Below, piece by piece: positions 12,639 through 26,169 of a DNA stretch of 64,000 bases (the stretch's first letter is position 1; every line of letters begins with the position of its first letter). A model generated the notes under the pieces. That model did no database searches, was not told the DNA's origin, and saw nothing but the letters and a program-made list of their open reading frames with translations. The translations under genes were made by a program, and so were the position numbers. Source of the stretch: Ostrea edulis (taxonomy: Eukaryota). Where the stretch lies: the NCBI RefSeq assembly GCF_947568905.1, contig NC_079164.1:9486001-9550000 (forward strand), given 5' to 3'.

Positions 12639-13499
12639 TTCTGAAGGTCATCAACACTCGTGGACAACGGATGAAATTGAGGGGGGGGGGGGGAGTACAT
12701 TTCATGAGTACATTCTGTAGCGATCACACGTGGACATTCAGACGAGGTGGCGATATTGTGAAAGCTTCGTGTGTGCTATATTCTTAATTACCACGTGTAA
12801 AGCTGAATGTTACATTTTCAAAAATTTAGAACGTATCGTTCACCTGGTGTACCTATCACAGGAAACACAGTGCCTGGTGTACGTAATACATACATAAACT
12901 ACGACTGTAATGGAGCTGCCTACCATTCAAATTATGTTTGGTAATTATTAAGAGGAGTAAATTAGTTTTGTTTGCAGAACTTTTGTTTATCTCTTGTCCT
13001 GAGGAACTCATATGAGTATCGATGAAGAAGTGAAGGGTAGCGTCACGTGTAGCACTCTGTGGGGGGGGGGGGGGGGGGGGGGGGGGGGGTAGTATTACGT
13101 GTAGCACACACACACAGCTACGAAGCCACAACGAAGTCCGAAATATCCCCTTCATTGCTTGTTTTGTAGTTCTAGTGAATGCCAGATATACATGCAAGTC
13201 TCCGGTCGATATCGATACTAGATGGGGTCCGCAGTATTGCACGTGAAGGGACTTTCCGTCCCACGTTCGCTGGAATACTAACCCTGAACCAAAACTCTCT
13301 CTCTCTCTCTAACTCTCTCTCTCTCTCCAATATTGAATGTTTTGTGCATTGCTTACACTAAAAATGAGCATCTTTATACCGGCGATATCTTGTTGATTGT
13401 GTGTTTTCTTTTTTCATTTGAAATTGAAAATCGTTGAGATAACGTTCCCAACTTGTACCATTTTAACCGACTTCCTACCCAACTACTGACTATAGTTAA

Positions 13500-13821
13500 C
13501 AGGGCCGTAAATTAACCTTCAATTTGGAGGAGGCAGGAAATTAGGCGGGGGTCTGGGGGCCGCCTAGGCCCCCAGACGCTGAGCACATTTTGTGCACACT
13601 GAACACGTTTCGTGCAAAATCCTTGATTCTAGGGCCTTCTAAGATGTTACTTGACTAACTCATTCTAAAAGAAAGATTTGGAATGCTTTTTAAGGGAGGT
13701 ATCATGTTCTTAGTTATTGGAAACAACATAAATTCTAATGAACTTTAAATTTTAATTTTTTTTGGCTCAAAAGTTGGAGGAGGCAGCTGCCTCCTCCGCC
13801 TCCATGTAATTGACGGCCCTG
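13500..13821. mobile_element. MITE with CAG...CTG TIRs and a 5-bp flanking duplication (hAT5-like)
   Basis: CAGGGCCGTAAATTA ... TAATTGACGGCCCTG, flanked by GTTAA on both sides. Confidence 0.7.
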
Positions 13822-13858
13822 GTTAAAGCCGAGTCGTAGCCCGAGAGTTCGTATTAAT

Positions 13859-15140
13859 GCTACGTTCACACTATCACTATTCGCGCCACTATTGACATCG
13901 TGGTGATCGTATCAAATCTTACCTAATCTCGGCGTCAGTCATGACAATCGTGTTGATCGTAGCAAATATTTTGACTGTCAAAAATTTACTACAATCAACT
14001 CGATTAATTTTCAGTTGTTATAATCGCATCAGATTGTATTGATCGTAACAAAGCGCAATATATCGCATCTAATCGTGCTCCCAAACCGTGATGATCCCGG
14101 TCATTCTTTTACAAGGTAAACACCACGCTTTGTTGCGATGTCCCACGATCTGTCACGACAGTTATAACAGCATACAGTAATGCTGCCAATGCCACGTTGT
14201 CATCAACCTCAACTTCCGCCATTTTCAGTGGTTGCGGGCTATATGGTTAATTTTCTAGATATTAAAAAAAAAATGATTCCAGAAGTCGATGGTCAGTCGG
14301 GCTGTATACATATCGGGGTCCAAATAGTGATCATCTCTATCCTGATATCGCAATCACAGTCCTATCCTATTGTAACAGCGCACCGGTTCGTGCTTAACGT
14401 ATCGTAACGTTTACGAACGTACAAATGTATCTGCACGTATATGATCGGGAACTCGGATCGTGATGATCGAATATGAGATCGAGGTCCAATCGTGAACTTG
14501 ATCGGGACAATCTTATCAAAACGTATGTGGTCGTATCTGAACGATGTTTATCGTGTCACCTGAAATTTATCTATCGCAACCTTTCCATATCAAAGCGAAA
14601 CAATTCATACCAGAACATATTAAGGAGACTGACTTCCTTTTAAAAAATGGATAAATATCAGATTGCTTTCTACTAAAACTGCATTTTATGACTAAATAAA
14701 GTTGGTTTTTTTCTTCAAAATATTATTGTACATATCCTCCACTTTTCATCCATATCAAATTTCTCTGGTGTAGCATACCCCCTTAACTCACATCACGTGT
14801 TTCATACCGATTGTTAAGCCGTTCTTGGCACACTGATTTTGACTACGGATAACTCCGTTTACCTGATCAGGATATGGGGCTCACGGCGGGTGTGACCGGT
14901 CAACAGGGGATGCTTACTCCTCCTAGGCACCTGATCCCACCTCTGGTGTGTCCAGGCGTCCGTGTTTGCCCAACTTTCTATTTTGTATTGCTTGAAGGAG
15001 TTGTGAGATTGATCACTGTTCGTTATCTTCACCTTGCATCACCTCGTATCAAAATTTGAAATTCCAGAAAACTTCCGCGATCAGCTACGAATGGTCAATC
15101 GTGGCCTTCGTAACGGATCGCACGACAGTGTGAACCAGGC
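13859..15140. mobile_element. Possible old non-autonomous DNA element (Harbinger-like ends) containing an inserted retro-repeat
   Basis: GCTACGTTCACACT and AGTGTGAACCAGGC form an imperfect 14-bp inverted repeat; TSD unclear. Confidence 0.35.
14790..15046. mobile_element. Interspersed retro-derived repeat (SINE or LINE end); inverted copy at ~18480-18830
   Basis: GTTTACCTGATCAGGAT...GGCTCACGGCGGGTGTGACCGGTC...GATGCTTACTCCTCCTAGG occurs here and as reverse complement at 18540-18650. Confidence 0.65.
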
Positions 15141-15809
15141 TTAACTACGAATAATCTTTAAACGTGTAACCCAAACTCCCAACATGAGCCCTTTTACAGC
15201 TGTAAATAACATTACGATGTCCAAATTATCATTAGATTGCGATATTATTATTTTTTCATTAATTGCTAAACTACAAGAATGCCCCAGGATGGGACAACCC
15301 ATAAACCTGTATGATAACTCGATAATTAGCCAGAATCTTTCACAACTGTTATCTGTTACATTTGGTAGGGTAAAGAAGGAAAACTTGGATATTCACAGAT
15401 TGACCTTTGGCTGACCCCGCAAAGTGACCGATCGATAGATCATCATGAAAGACAACTTCATATCTGATATGGATTTTCAAAATCGAAAATTACCGATTTC
15501 TGATTTGTGTGTAGTGAAGCATACCAAATTTCTGTGACGTCACATTGTCGTCGACGTTGATACGTAGTGCTGTCCATCGGTACATTATGTGCTGAGGCAA
15601 GGCATATATTTTTTTTTTTGCTTCGCGGTACATATTATCGTCGCTGACATGTGCTGAGACAAGGTATAATTTTTTTGCATCGCGGTATTGTATAATCAAA
15701 TTAAACGGCAACTTACATGTAACAAACCTTCAAGAAAAGAATAAGGAAAAATGAGATTTCTTTAGAGAAATATGTGACTGCTAACAAAGCACTCACCAGG
15801 GATCCAACA

Positions 15810-16064
15810 TTTTTAGCTCAACTGAGTCGAAGGCTCAAGTGAGCTTTCTGATCACCAGTTGTCTGTCCGTCCGTCTGTCTGTAAACTTTCACATTTTCGA
15901 CTTCTTGGGGCAAGGGGATTCAAGTTTGTTCAATTAAAGGGCAACGCCTTTCTCCCAAGGGAGATAATAATGAAATAGCAAAAATACACTGAATTTTTTT
16001 TTTTTTAAAATCTACTCCTCCAGAACCACTAGGTCAATTTCAACCAAACTTGGCATGCACAAAA

Positions 16065-16108
<44 letters not shown>

Positions 16109-16169
16109 ACGTCCCTTTCCAAGGGGGATAATAGCAAAATAGTGAAAATACATTTACAGCTTTTAAAGA

Positions 16170-16203
<34 letters not shown>

Positions 16204-17145
16204 GCTTGGCACAAAGCATCCTTGGTGAAGGGCTTTCAAGTTTGTTCAGATGAAGGGCCATGCCCACTTCAAAGGGAAGATAATTGCAAAAATAGGGTGG
16301 GGTCATTTAAAGATATTCTTAAAAACCACTGGCCAAAAGTGCTGAAGTTTAAATGAAAGCTTCCTGACATAGTACAGATTCAAGTTTGTTAAAACCATGA
16401 CCCCCGGGGGTACGTTGGGGCCACAGTAGGGGATCAAAATTTACATACAAATATATAGGGGAAATCTTTAAAAATCTTCTCAAGAACCAATGGGCCTTGA
16501 AAGTACAAATTTACATGAAAGCTTCCTGACATAGTGTAAATTCAAATCTGTTACAAACATGGCCCTCGGGGTAGGATGGGACTATCTAGGGAAATTCTTT
16601 AAAATTCTTCTTCTTAAGAACCACTGGGCTAGAAAAGTTTACATATACATGTAAGCTTCCTGACATAGTGCAGATTCAAGTCTCTTAAAACCATAGCCCC
16701 CAGGGGTAGGGTAGGGCCATAATAGGAGATCCAAGTTTTACATACAATTATATAGGGAAATTCTTTCAACATCTTCTGAAAAATCACCGCGCCAGAAAGG
16801 TGTATATTTACAGGTATACAAAAGCTTCCTAACATAGTGTAGATTCAAGTTTGTTAAAAGTACCCTCCCCCCGGAGGGAGGGGGCATAATAAGGGATCAA
16901 AGTTTTGCATACAAATATTTAGGGGAAATGTTGTCCTCAAGAACCATTGAGCCAAATAATTTTACATTTTCATGAAAGCTTCCTGACATAGTGCAGATTC
17001 GAGTTTGAAAAAAAATCATGGCCCCAGGGGTAGGTTAGGGCCATAATAGGAATCAAAGTGTTAAAATGCGAATATATAATGAAAATCTTTGAATATGTTT
17101 GCCAAGGAAACTCAGGTGAGCAGTGTAACCCATGAACCTCTTGTT
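15810..17145. mobile_element. Helentron-like non-autonomous element with ~165-bp satellite array
   Basis: Starts TTTTTAGCTCA, then a GTCC microsatellite and repeated AAGCTTCCTGACATAGTGCAGATTCAAGTTTG units; ends CAGGTGAGC...CCTCTTGTT. Confidence 0.75.
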
Positions 17146-17304
17146 TTATTTTCTGAAGGAAAGAAAGATATGTAGCCAATTCACTCGTTAATTTGTATTT
17201 CTCATAAATAGGTTATTGTAAAATCACTGGGAGCGTGGACTCCAGGAAATCCCCATCTAATCATTTATATCTACACCCAAATAATGTGCCTAATCATTCA
17301 ATCT

Positions 17305-18124
17305 TCAAGTAAATACTCCACATACATGTAGAGAAAGTAAATACACAACACACATGTAGAGAAAGTAAATACACCACATACATATAGAGAAAGTAAATAC
17401 ACTAAATATATATAGAGAAAGTAAATACACTAAATATATATAGAGAAAGTAAATACACCGCATACATGTAGAGAAAGTAAATACACCACATACATGTAGT
17501 GAAAGTAAATATACAACACACATGTAGAGAAAGTAAATACACTAAATATATATAGAGAAAGTAAATACACCGCATACATGTAGAGAAAGTAAATACACCA
17601 CATACATGTAGAGAAAGTAAATACACAACACACATGTAGAGAAAGTAAATACACTAAATATATATAGAGAAAGTAAATACACCACATACATGTAGAGAAA
17701 GTAAATACACCACATACATGTAGAGAAAGTAAATACACCACATACATGTAGAGAAAGTAAATATACAACACACATGTAGAGAAAGTAAATACACCACATA
17801 CATCTAGAGAAAGTAAATACACTAAATATATATAGAGAAAGTAAATACACCGCATACATGTAGAGAAAGTAAATACACCACATACATGTAGAGAAAGTAA
17901 ATACACAACACACATGTAGAGAAAGTAAATACACTAAATATATATAGAGAAAGTAAATACACCACATACATGTAGAGAAAGTAAATACACCACATACATG
18001 TAGAGAAAGTAAATACACCACATACATGTAGAGAAAGTAAATACACCACATACATGTAGAGAAAGTAAATACACAACACACATGTAGAGAAAGTAAATAC
18101 ACCACATACATCTAGAGAAAGTAA
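17305..18124. repeat. 28-bp minisatellite, about 29 copies, with variant units
   Basis: AGAGAAAGTAAATAC followed by ACCACATACATGT / ACAACACACATGT / ACTAAATATATAT / ACCGCATACATGT variants. Confidence 0.95.
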
Positions 18125-19607
18125 GAACATTCACCTATTACATTGACATCAATGTACATGTACACATACAATATTAATAATATACTGCGTGTACAGCTGT
18201 GTACACAACACACGTACTATTATCTCAGTGATGATTGGTGGTTCTGAAGACAATGGTCCTCTCCTTTTTCTTGCTTCTGTCTTTTGTAAACAAGTCAAAA
18301 AGGGTTTGATGTAATTTTTACATACAAGGTATTTCAGTTAATATATTTACCGTAGAATTGAAATTCTCTATATTTGATCCTCGTGCTTGTGACAGCGAGG
18401 CTAAATGCTGCATGATATATAACGCTGTTTTATTGACGCCATGGAAAGGGGAAATAGGGAGCACTGATCAATATCATAACGCCTATAAGCTATACAAAAT
18501 AGAGAGTTGGGCAAACACGGACATCTGGATATACCAGAGGTGGGATGAGGTTCCTAGGAGGAGCAAGCATCCCCTGTCGACCGGTCACATCCGCCGTGAG
18601 CCCTATGTCTTGATCAGGTAAACGGAGTTATCCGTAGTCAAAATCAGTGTACTATGAGCGGTCTAACAATCGGTATGAAACTTGTCAGATAACATTTCAC
18701 CCAATGACGGATTGTAATGGCAAACTAAATCGGTATAACGATTATAAAATTTACGAAATGCTGACTTGATACGAGACTGTTGAAACCCCTGTAACATCAA
18801 CTTGTTTGCCAGTAGCCTGTCTCGATTAAAAAACTAATGCAGAGAACGTGGGTTTTCAAACTTCAGATTTATTTCGATCTGCTTCTTGTTGTTTTTCTTT
18901 TTTCACCATTTCTTCTCTAGCAGCATTGACAGTAAACAGGGTAGATATACAACCATCACATTGTTATCTGTACGTATCATTTGGTATCAATCGTCCCCTC
19001 GTTACAGGGTAGATATACAACTATCACATTGTTATCTGTACGTATCATTGGGTATCAATCGTCCCCTCGTTTCAGTACTTTCTGTGCTTTGATTTTATTT
19101 TTATTCAGGTCATGTTTTCGAAGGAATATAGTACCATCTTTATCTTAATTTTGGCAAAACCAAAATTTAAAGGAAAAATGCACTCCGCACGGCAAAATAC
19201 AAGGAAATGCACTAAGGGTTCTAATTTATGTCGATTTATTGCGGAGTCATGGAAATCGCATCTTATGCTGCTTTGTTAGTTTTTGGTTACTTGCGAGTTA
19301 GATTAACATTACGACCGACTCCTCGTCTCCTTAACTGTTGTAATCAAGGAAATATTTCACAGCGACTCCGTGCTATCAATTAGTTGAAGGGGATTTTACA
19401 GAATAAGGGGTATTTTTTTTCTAAACACTTCCTTTTTCATGATTCAGGCTTCCTGGCCCGTTTTATTGTTAGTATTAAAGCGGGCACTTGTTCCAACAGA
19501 CGACTATCACTCTGGGAGATTGGCGGGACAGAACTGGTGACTGTGAAATTTTCCTCATCAGAATGGCAGAAACAGACTACTGCAGGTAAAAAGTGATTCA
19601 ATATGTA

Positions 19608-19609
19608 TA

Positions 19610-19685
<76 letters not shown>
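19608..19685. repeat. (TA)n(TG)n microsatellite
   Basis: Direct reading. Confidence 0.95.
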
Positions 19686-19687
<2 letters not shown>

Positions 19688-20119
19688 CAAATATTGACTA
19701 CTCGACATAATGATGTTGACTGAGCATTGCGTGCCTAGTAACATGTACGGTAAAATATTCTATTGTACAAAAACATGCATGTAGATTTGTTGCAAGGTGG
19801 GATTCCTTTGTAAAGACGAATTTTGCAAAATACTATTTACAAAGATGTATTTTCATTTTATTTTTTCATCGAAAAGTAAAACGATTTTAATTTGAAAACA
19901 ACTTTATTTTTTTCTTACCAGGAAATAGAACTGAACGTAAATGTGCTTATTTTACTACAAGCATGACTCACCCCTAGCGCAGTATATTCACAGGGTACTT
20001 TGCTAATATATTTCTGCATCTTGTCTGCCGATGTATTTGAACATCTATTTCGTTATTGCCTTGTTACTTAAGTACTAGTACTGTACTTGATTCATCCAAT
20101 TTTTATAATAGGCAAATCT

Positions 20120-20560
20120 CTAAAAATGAACTCTTTCACGGGATTTCAACTATAAGTGCAAATTTTGATCACTTTAATATTTTCCAAATTTATGGTAAAT
20201 CGTGGTATCTTGTTTAGAAAAATGTTTACGAACGATAAAAGAAGCAATGATTTTTTTCTACTCTCAGAGCACATATTTTACAAAATCTTTTGATTTATTG
20301 AATTACATTGTACTTTTATTGGGAGAACTTACATTTTTTCTAAAAACCCTTAAAATTTGCGTTATTTCATTGATTTCCCTCTATCAAAAATGACAGAAAA
20401 TAGTAAAAATTACTACATCGGAGACCTATTTAAAGCCCTATAAATTCTGTAAAATCCAGGAGCTTCCGGGATCTGGACCCACTGGGGGCCTCAGACCCCC
20501 CCCCCCCCCCCTGCCTCATCAAATTGCGCCCCTAACTGCAATTCCTGGATCCTCCCCCGG
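20120..20560. mobile_element. Truncated copy of the MITE family at 42150-42938 and 63484-63931
   Basis: Shares AAACCCTTAAAATTTGCGT...GAGCTTCCGGG...CAATTCCTGGATCC segments. Confidence 0.65.
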
Positions 20561-20859
20561 GGGTAACCAAGAACTTTGACCCAGGTTGAAATTTTATCCG
20601 TGCAACATAGATACCTGTATGTGTGAAATTCGGTTGAGTTTGACCCGCTGTTATTAGACAACCAGATTTAAATAAATTCCAGCTCGAAATATGCATGTCA
20701 CACCTAGATTTTAATATTTCAAAAAATATCGTAGTCAACAAATACCTCTTCAGTACCCTAATGTTACTTTATTGTACACTCGACTTAAAATAAAGATTAT
20801 TTCTACTCTGTCAATCTAATTTTCCCCCCTGTAATTTCTGGCATTTTTGAAATACATAT

Positions 20860-21051
20860 GTAGTAAAATAGATTCCGTGGATGTTGCAGGATAGCCTTCG
20901 AGGTCTCGAAATGCATGTTGTTTGAAATGTATAAGCTGCGTCGATGTTTCGTTTACATCATTTTGTTGTTTTTTTTTTGTTGTTTTGTTTTTTTTGTTTT
21001 TTGGAGACCTCGGAGGTTATCCTGCAACATGCACGAAATCTATTCTACTAC
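20860..21051. mobile_element. MITE with ~48-bp imperfect TIRs
   Basis: GTAGTAAAATAGATTCCGTGGATGTTGCAGGATAGCCTTCGAGGTCTC versus its reverse complement at 21004-21051. Confidence 0.7.
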
Positions 21052-22593
21052 GGTTCAGTAACACTACGAATTAGATGACGTCATAGCAACTTTTAAAACC
21101 AAAAACATGCTGACGAAAACGGTGAGATTGTACATAAGCTCTCTAGGTGTGCTATTTTAAAAGATAATTCAAGTATTTAGTTTGATGTTGGTGGATTAGA
21201 TATCCGACGATGCGATGTAATTATCTGATCTGCTCTGAATACATAGTCCAACTAAATCACCCACGTGGAGGAGGGTCATCTTGTCTGTGTATCACCATGT
21301 TTGTACGTGTAGCGATCGGGCGGAACGCAGACGATTACTTTTTAGTTGAATGTCAAATATCCTACAGGCATTTAGACCTATAAATTTGTTTGTAACATAC
21401 ATTGATTATTTTTTAAGGATGAAATGAAATCATCCGTTATTCGATTTTATAATTGTTGTAATTATAATTAAGGCATATAGGCCTATACACAAAATCTAAT
21501 CAAGTTGAAGACATGAAACCGATATGTTCTCATTATATTTTAGACCCATGTAGGCGTATTTATTTTTCTTGTGGAAGTTTGATTAATGTGTAACACTGTT
21601 CTGAATTGATTAATGAGTATATGTAATATTATATTGGAGAATAATGGACGCGGCATTTCTTTGATCTCTACGATAACCTTGATAGCATTAGATATGTATA
21701 TGATTTTATTTTAATGCTACTATGAAATAGCTTAAACCCAGCTGACCCCTCATGAAAATTGTTCTTCATTTCCACGAATATGCTAGTTTTTGATAGCTAA
21801 TTCCAGAGACTTAAATAACAAATTCAATTTGCATTCATGAATGAAACACCGGTCTATTTCTATTTCCAAAAAGTAGGCTAGGTTAGCCTCACCGTGGTAT
21901 AAATAGACTATACCATGGCCATATACCTTTTCTGCGAAAAGTATCAATTCCACAATAATTATTTAAACCATCGCTTTAACCGACCGAGGAAAATCCCACA
22001 ACAATGACAAAGTTACTATTTACAAAAGGTGTTGCTAAAACGCGGAACGAAGAACGGACCAGAATGGAGAATGGAAAATATTGTATGCAATAAATGCTAT
22101 GAGGAGGTCACTGAGATCAGTATTTTGTAAAATCAAAAGGTTTATTATGAGGAAGGGAAGCAGAAACAGAGAGAACGGAAAGTCATCCTCAGAATCCACC
22201 TGATATATTTCATACTAATGCATATATGTATTTTAAAACCATTATATAACTTGTTATGAAAAATATAAGCAAGTGCTTGTTGGTGTCACCCCCTTTTCCC
22301 TGGTTTGTCATTTTCTCATTTTTCTGACGCACAACGTGTCAGTAAGTTTCACAAATAAAATAACAATAATTAAATGTACTGAAAAACATTTGATTTATGC
22401 TAAACAATATCCTAAATTGTTGATTTTAATCAAAATAAAGCATTTTCTCCAAATTTTTGTGTTATTTTAGATACTTGTTTAATATCCCTCTCAAGAATTT
22501 TTCACTCATATCTTGCATACAGTATCTCTATTTTTTAAATTCAGTTCTGTTTTCTGTTCCGTGTTTTAGCAACTCCCTTTACGAAAGACTCAT

Positions 22594-22615
22594 GGGAATT
22601 CCAACTTTCGGTTTC
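22594..22615. promoter_or_regulatory. Adjacent NF-kB-like site and ISRE upstream of the first IRF coding exon
   Basis: GGGAATTCC at 22594-22602; CTTTCGGTTTC at 22605-22615 (reverse complement GAAACCGAAAG, which fits GAAANNGAAA). Confidence 0.45.
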
Positions 22616-23044
22616 GATTTTTATTTGTGGAATGTAAACATTGAATTGACTTTGAAGGACGTTTTTTAAGTGACTTAAAAGGAATTGATTTTTTCAAAAT
22701 AGCAAATTGTAAGGTCAGTTTAAGGTGTATTTTTTTTAATTAATCAAGTATTAGATCTCACACGCAAGAATACTTTTCCAATCAGTGTTAGTTGCACGGT
22801 TTTCCCTAGAAAAAAGGGTATTTAGGTGACACTGTTTTGTTATTAGATAGTCCAGTGTCCATGGGAATTTTATCATTTTCTTCTGATTAGCAAACAAGTG
22901 ACACAGGTACATTAATTAGTCAGAGAGTTACAGCCTCATTATTACAGGTACGTACACTAGCGACAGGTACATTAATAAGTCAGAGAGTTAGTCCAGTTAC
23001 CTACTCATTATTACAGGTATGTATAGGCAGGTTGTTCTAAATTC

Positions 23045-23152
23045 AGTAAGGAATCTTCATTATTGATACAAACAAAAAATGCATGCATGAGTTTTATATA
23101 TAAAACTCATGCATGCATTTTTTGTTTGTATCAATAATGAAGATTCCTTACT
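23045..23152. repeat. Perfect 108-bp spacerless palindrome
   Basis: AGTAAGGAATCTTC...GAGTTTTATA|TATAAAACTC...GAAGATTCCTTACT; centre between 23098 and 23099. Confidence 0.92.
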
Positions 23153-23644
23153 TTTTATATATATATATATATTTAAAATATAATTACCCCTCCCTTACAT
23201 AACTCTATATGTATGTAGATTTTATTTATCAATTAGTGTACTAGGAACTAAGAAATCATAGGAATCATTTTACGTTTAAAAACGTATATTCAGTTTTCAA
23301 ATAACATAATTTTTTCTAAAACTATAATTATTATCGTTAAAGTGTGTGTATCGTGCAACTTACATTAAATGTAAGCTTTACACCATTTGCAAGCATTACA
23401 AAAGTGATTTTCTATTTTATATAGTGAGTTTGTTAACATTTTCGTCATAATAAACTAGAGCTCTTGTGGCACAGATTTCTGGGATTTCTTAGAAGTTGAC
23501 ACACCCTTTTCTCTCTGGAGGTGTTTATTACATGTGTGTGATTGATCTTAGCATACTTTCCAAAATCACAACACCTACTAAATATAAAAAGAAGAAGGCA
23601 TGCATTTTTGAATTATAGATCTTACTAAACAATTACATCAGTGA

Positions 23645-26135
23645 ATGACTGTACACAGATTTGGGGAAGTTCCGATGGATAATGGACAAAGTAGACAGCG
23701 CATGAGGCCATGGCTAGAGGCGAAGGTACAGGCAGGAAATATCCCCGGTCTGTCGTGGATAGACCAGGAGAAAAAGATCTTTAAAGTTCCCTGGAAACAT
23801 GGAGGCAAGCACGACTGGAGCGAAGGAGACTCCACGATATTTAAGGTACCTCGATAAAAACCCAGAACGGTAACGGCTGTGCAGTTGTGTTAAGTAGGGC
23901 CATAAAAATATGTCGGAGGAAAAAGCATCAATACACAGATATAAATTTTTGACAAATTCTGTACACACAACCCTTTTATACCTAAGATATTTGTATATAT
24001 AATGAAGTACATATATTGACCTCCCATACATTTTCCACCAGACCGACAGTCTCTACATCAGCTGTATATCACGTGATCAAATATCAAGATAAAATCGTAC
24101 CATGTATGTATAAATCATTCCATTGGCACAATATCCAGATATCAATGCAAGATGAAGTTAATATAACTTCAAAACATATTAATTTTTTTAATTTGAAAAG
24201 TGATGGGAGCAAGTTTATCGTGACTTAATTGTAACATGTCTAATTTTTGCATTGAATATGCAAGATGCGGCGATTTTTGCATATACGAAGTTAAATCTAG
24301 TCTGAAAAACATGTTTTCTGTTGAAGCCACAATTTGCTCCCCTAACTTTCCTTTTGCACTGAAGTTCACATGTCACATAAATCAAACAACTTTCACTCAA
24401 AAACCTCGAGGTGTCGTGCCGATGATGAAATTTGTATGTTCGGAAACCCTGTTTATGCAAATGAGTCCATTGTGAAAGTCACTATATACATGCAGATTAG
24501 GGGCGATATCAAGATCACAATATAATATGGATATTACTTTAGTATGTATGTTATATAAAGAAGAAATTGAAACTATTTCAATATCACAGAGAATTAATAT
24601 AACCCATTTGACAGAAACTTTTACACGATTGTAGTTTATCGTTTGACAGCAGTGGTAAATAATGAAAAAATATTTTGACATTTCCAACCGCAAAAGGAAT
24701 GTAGATATGTACGTCATGACCTTCATCATGACGTATTTTACATTGTGACGCCATGTAATGTGCCAGTGCGGTAAAGTACAATTTTTACAGCACTGTTATT
24801 TATGGGGAGAGCCTTAACTCAGCCGCGTGATGATAAGGTACCTCAATAAAAAACCAGAACAGCTGAAGAGCTGTTTTGTTTTGTTCTTTTTTTTTTGCAG
24901 AGTACCATGTACAAAAAATGTCTATATAAACATGTACTAAATGATATAAATCATTGTGTGGGATTATTGGATAGAATTAATTTATAAAATTATTGTATGG
25001 GATTAATTTATAGAATGAATTTGGTGGGATTATTGAATAGAATTAAGATCATATAACATTGTTGTATGGGATTAACATGGTTTATAAAAATTTTGTATGG
25101 GATTAATGTATAGGATTGATTTGGTGGGATTATATGTATGGGATTGCTGGATAGAATTAATTTATAACATTGTATGAGACTAATGTATAGGATTAATTTG
25201 GTGGGATGATTGTATGAGACTAATGTATAGGATTAATTTGGTGGGATTATTGTATGGGATTGCTGGATAGAATTAATTTATAACATTGTATGGGACTAAT
25301 GTATAGGATTAATTTGGGGGGATGATTGTATTAGTCTAAGAGTATTGTATAATCTGGATTATTATGTACATTTATGAAATTTATTTAGTGGATAGGATTA
25401 ATAGATCGATTTCCACTTTACTTTATGCTGTACATGTGTCATGTGTTCTTTTTCGATAGTGAGGTTCATCATAGGTTGTCATTTCTTTTGATAACTGTGA
25501 AAATGTCACATGATGTATGTCTGTATTGTGAGAAGTAGTCAATATTCAGAATCCAATACTACTCATTCACAACTCGTGATGGGTAATCGGGAGATAAAAA
25601 TTAATCGATGATCGGATTAATTGGATGCACCTTTTCGATTGATTAATCGAAAAATAATCGACAAATATATCACCTGGGTTCAAATTTACCATTAATCTAT
25701 ACCCTTTAATTAGGATCTAATGTATAGGATTATTGCATTGGATTAATACATTTGATTATTGTATAGAAATTAATGTTTAGTATTATTGTGGTGATAGGGC
25801 GTTCATATTTTACATGTGTATTAAAATCCTTGTGACAAGACCTTTCTTTTCAAATGAATTTTTTTTTTACATCATGACCCTGACCTTAGAGTTTGGCCAT
25901 GTAGGGGCATCAGTGTGTCATATTGTTTTATTAGCTCACCTGAACCGAAGGTTCAAGTGAGCTATTCTGATCACATTTTGTCCGGCGTCCGTCTGTCCAT
26001 GTAGGGGCATCAGTGTGTCATATTGTTTTATTAGCTCACCTGAACCGAAGGTTCAAGTGAGCTATTCTGATCACATTTTGTCCGGCGTCCGTCTGTCTGT
26101 CTGTCCGTCTGTCTGTAAACTTTTCACATTTTCGA

Positions 26136-26169
<34 letters not shown>

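Noticed and set aside
17305-18134. Seven overlapping minus-strand ORFs up to 189 aa
   Set aside because: Translations of the 28-bp minisatellite; periodic, with no coding signal.
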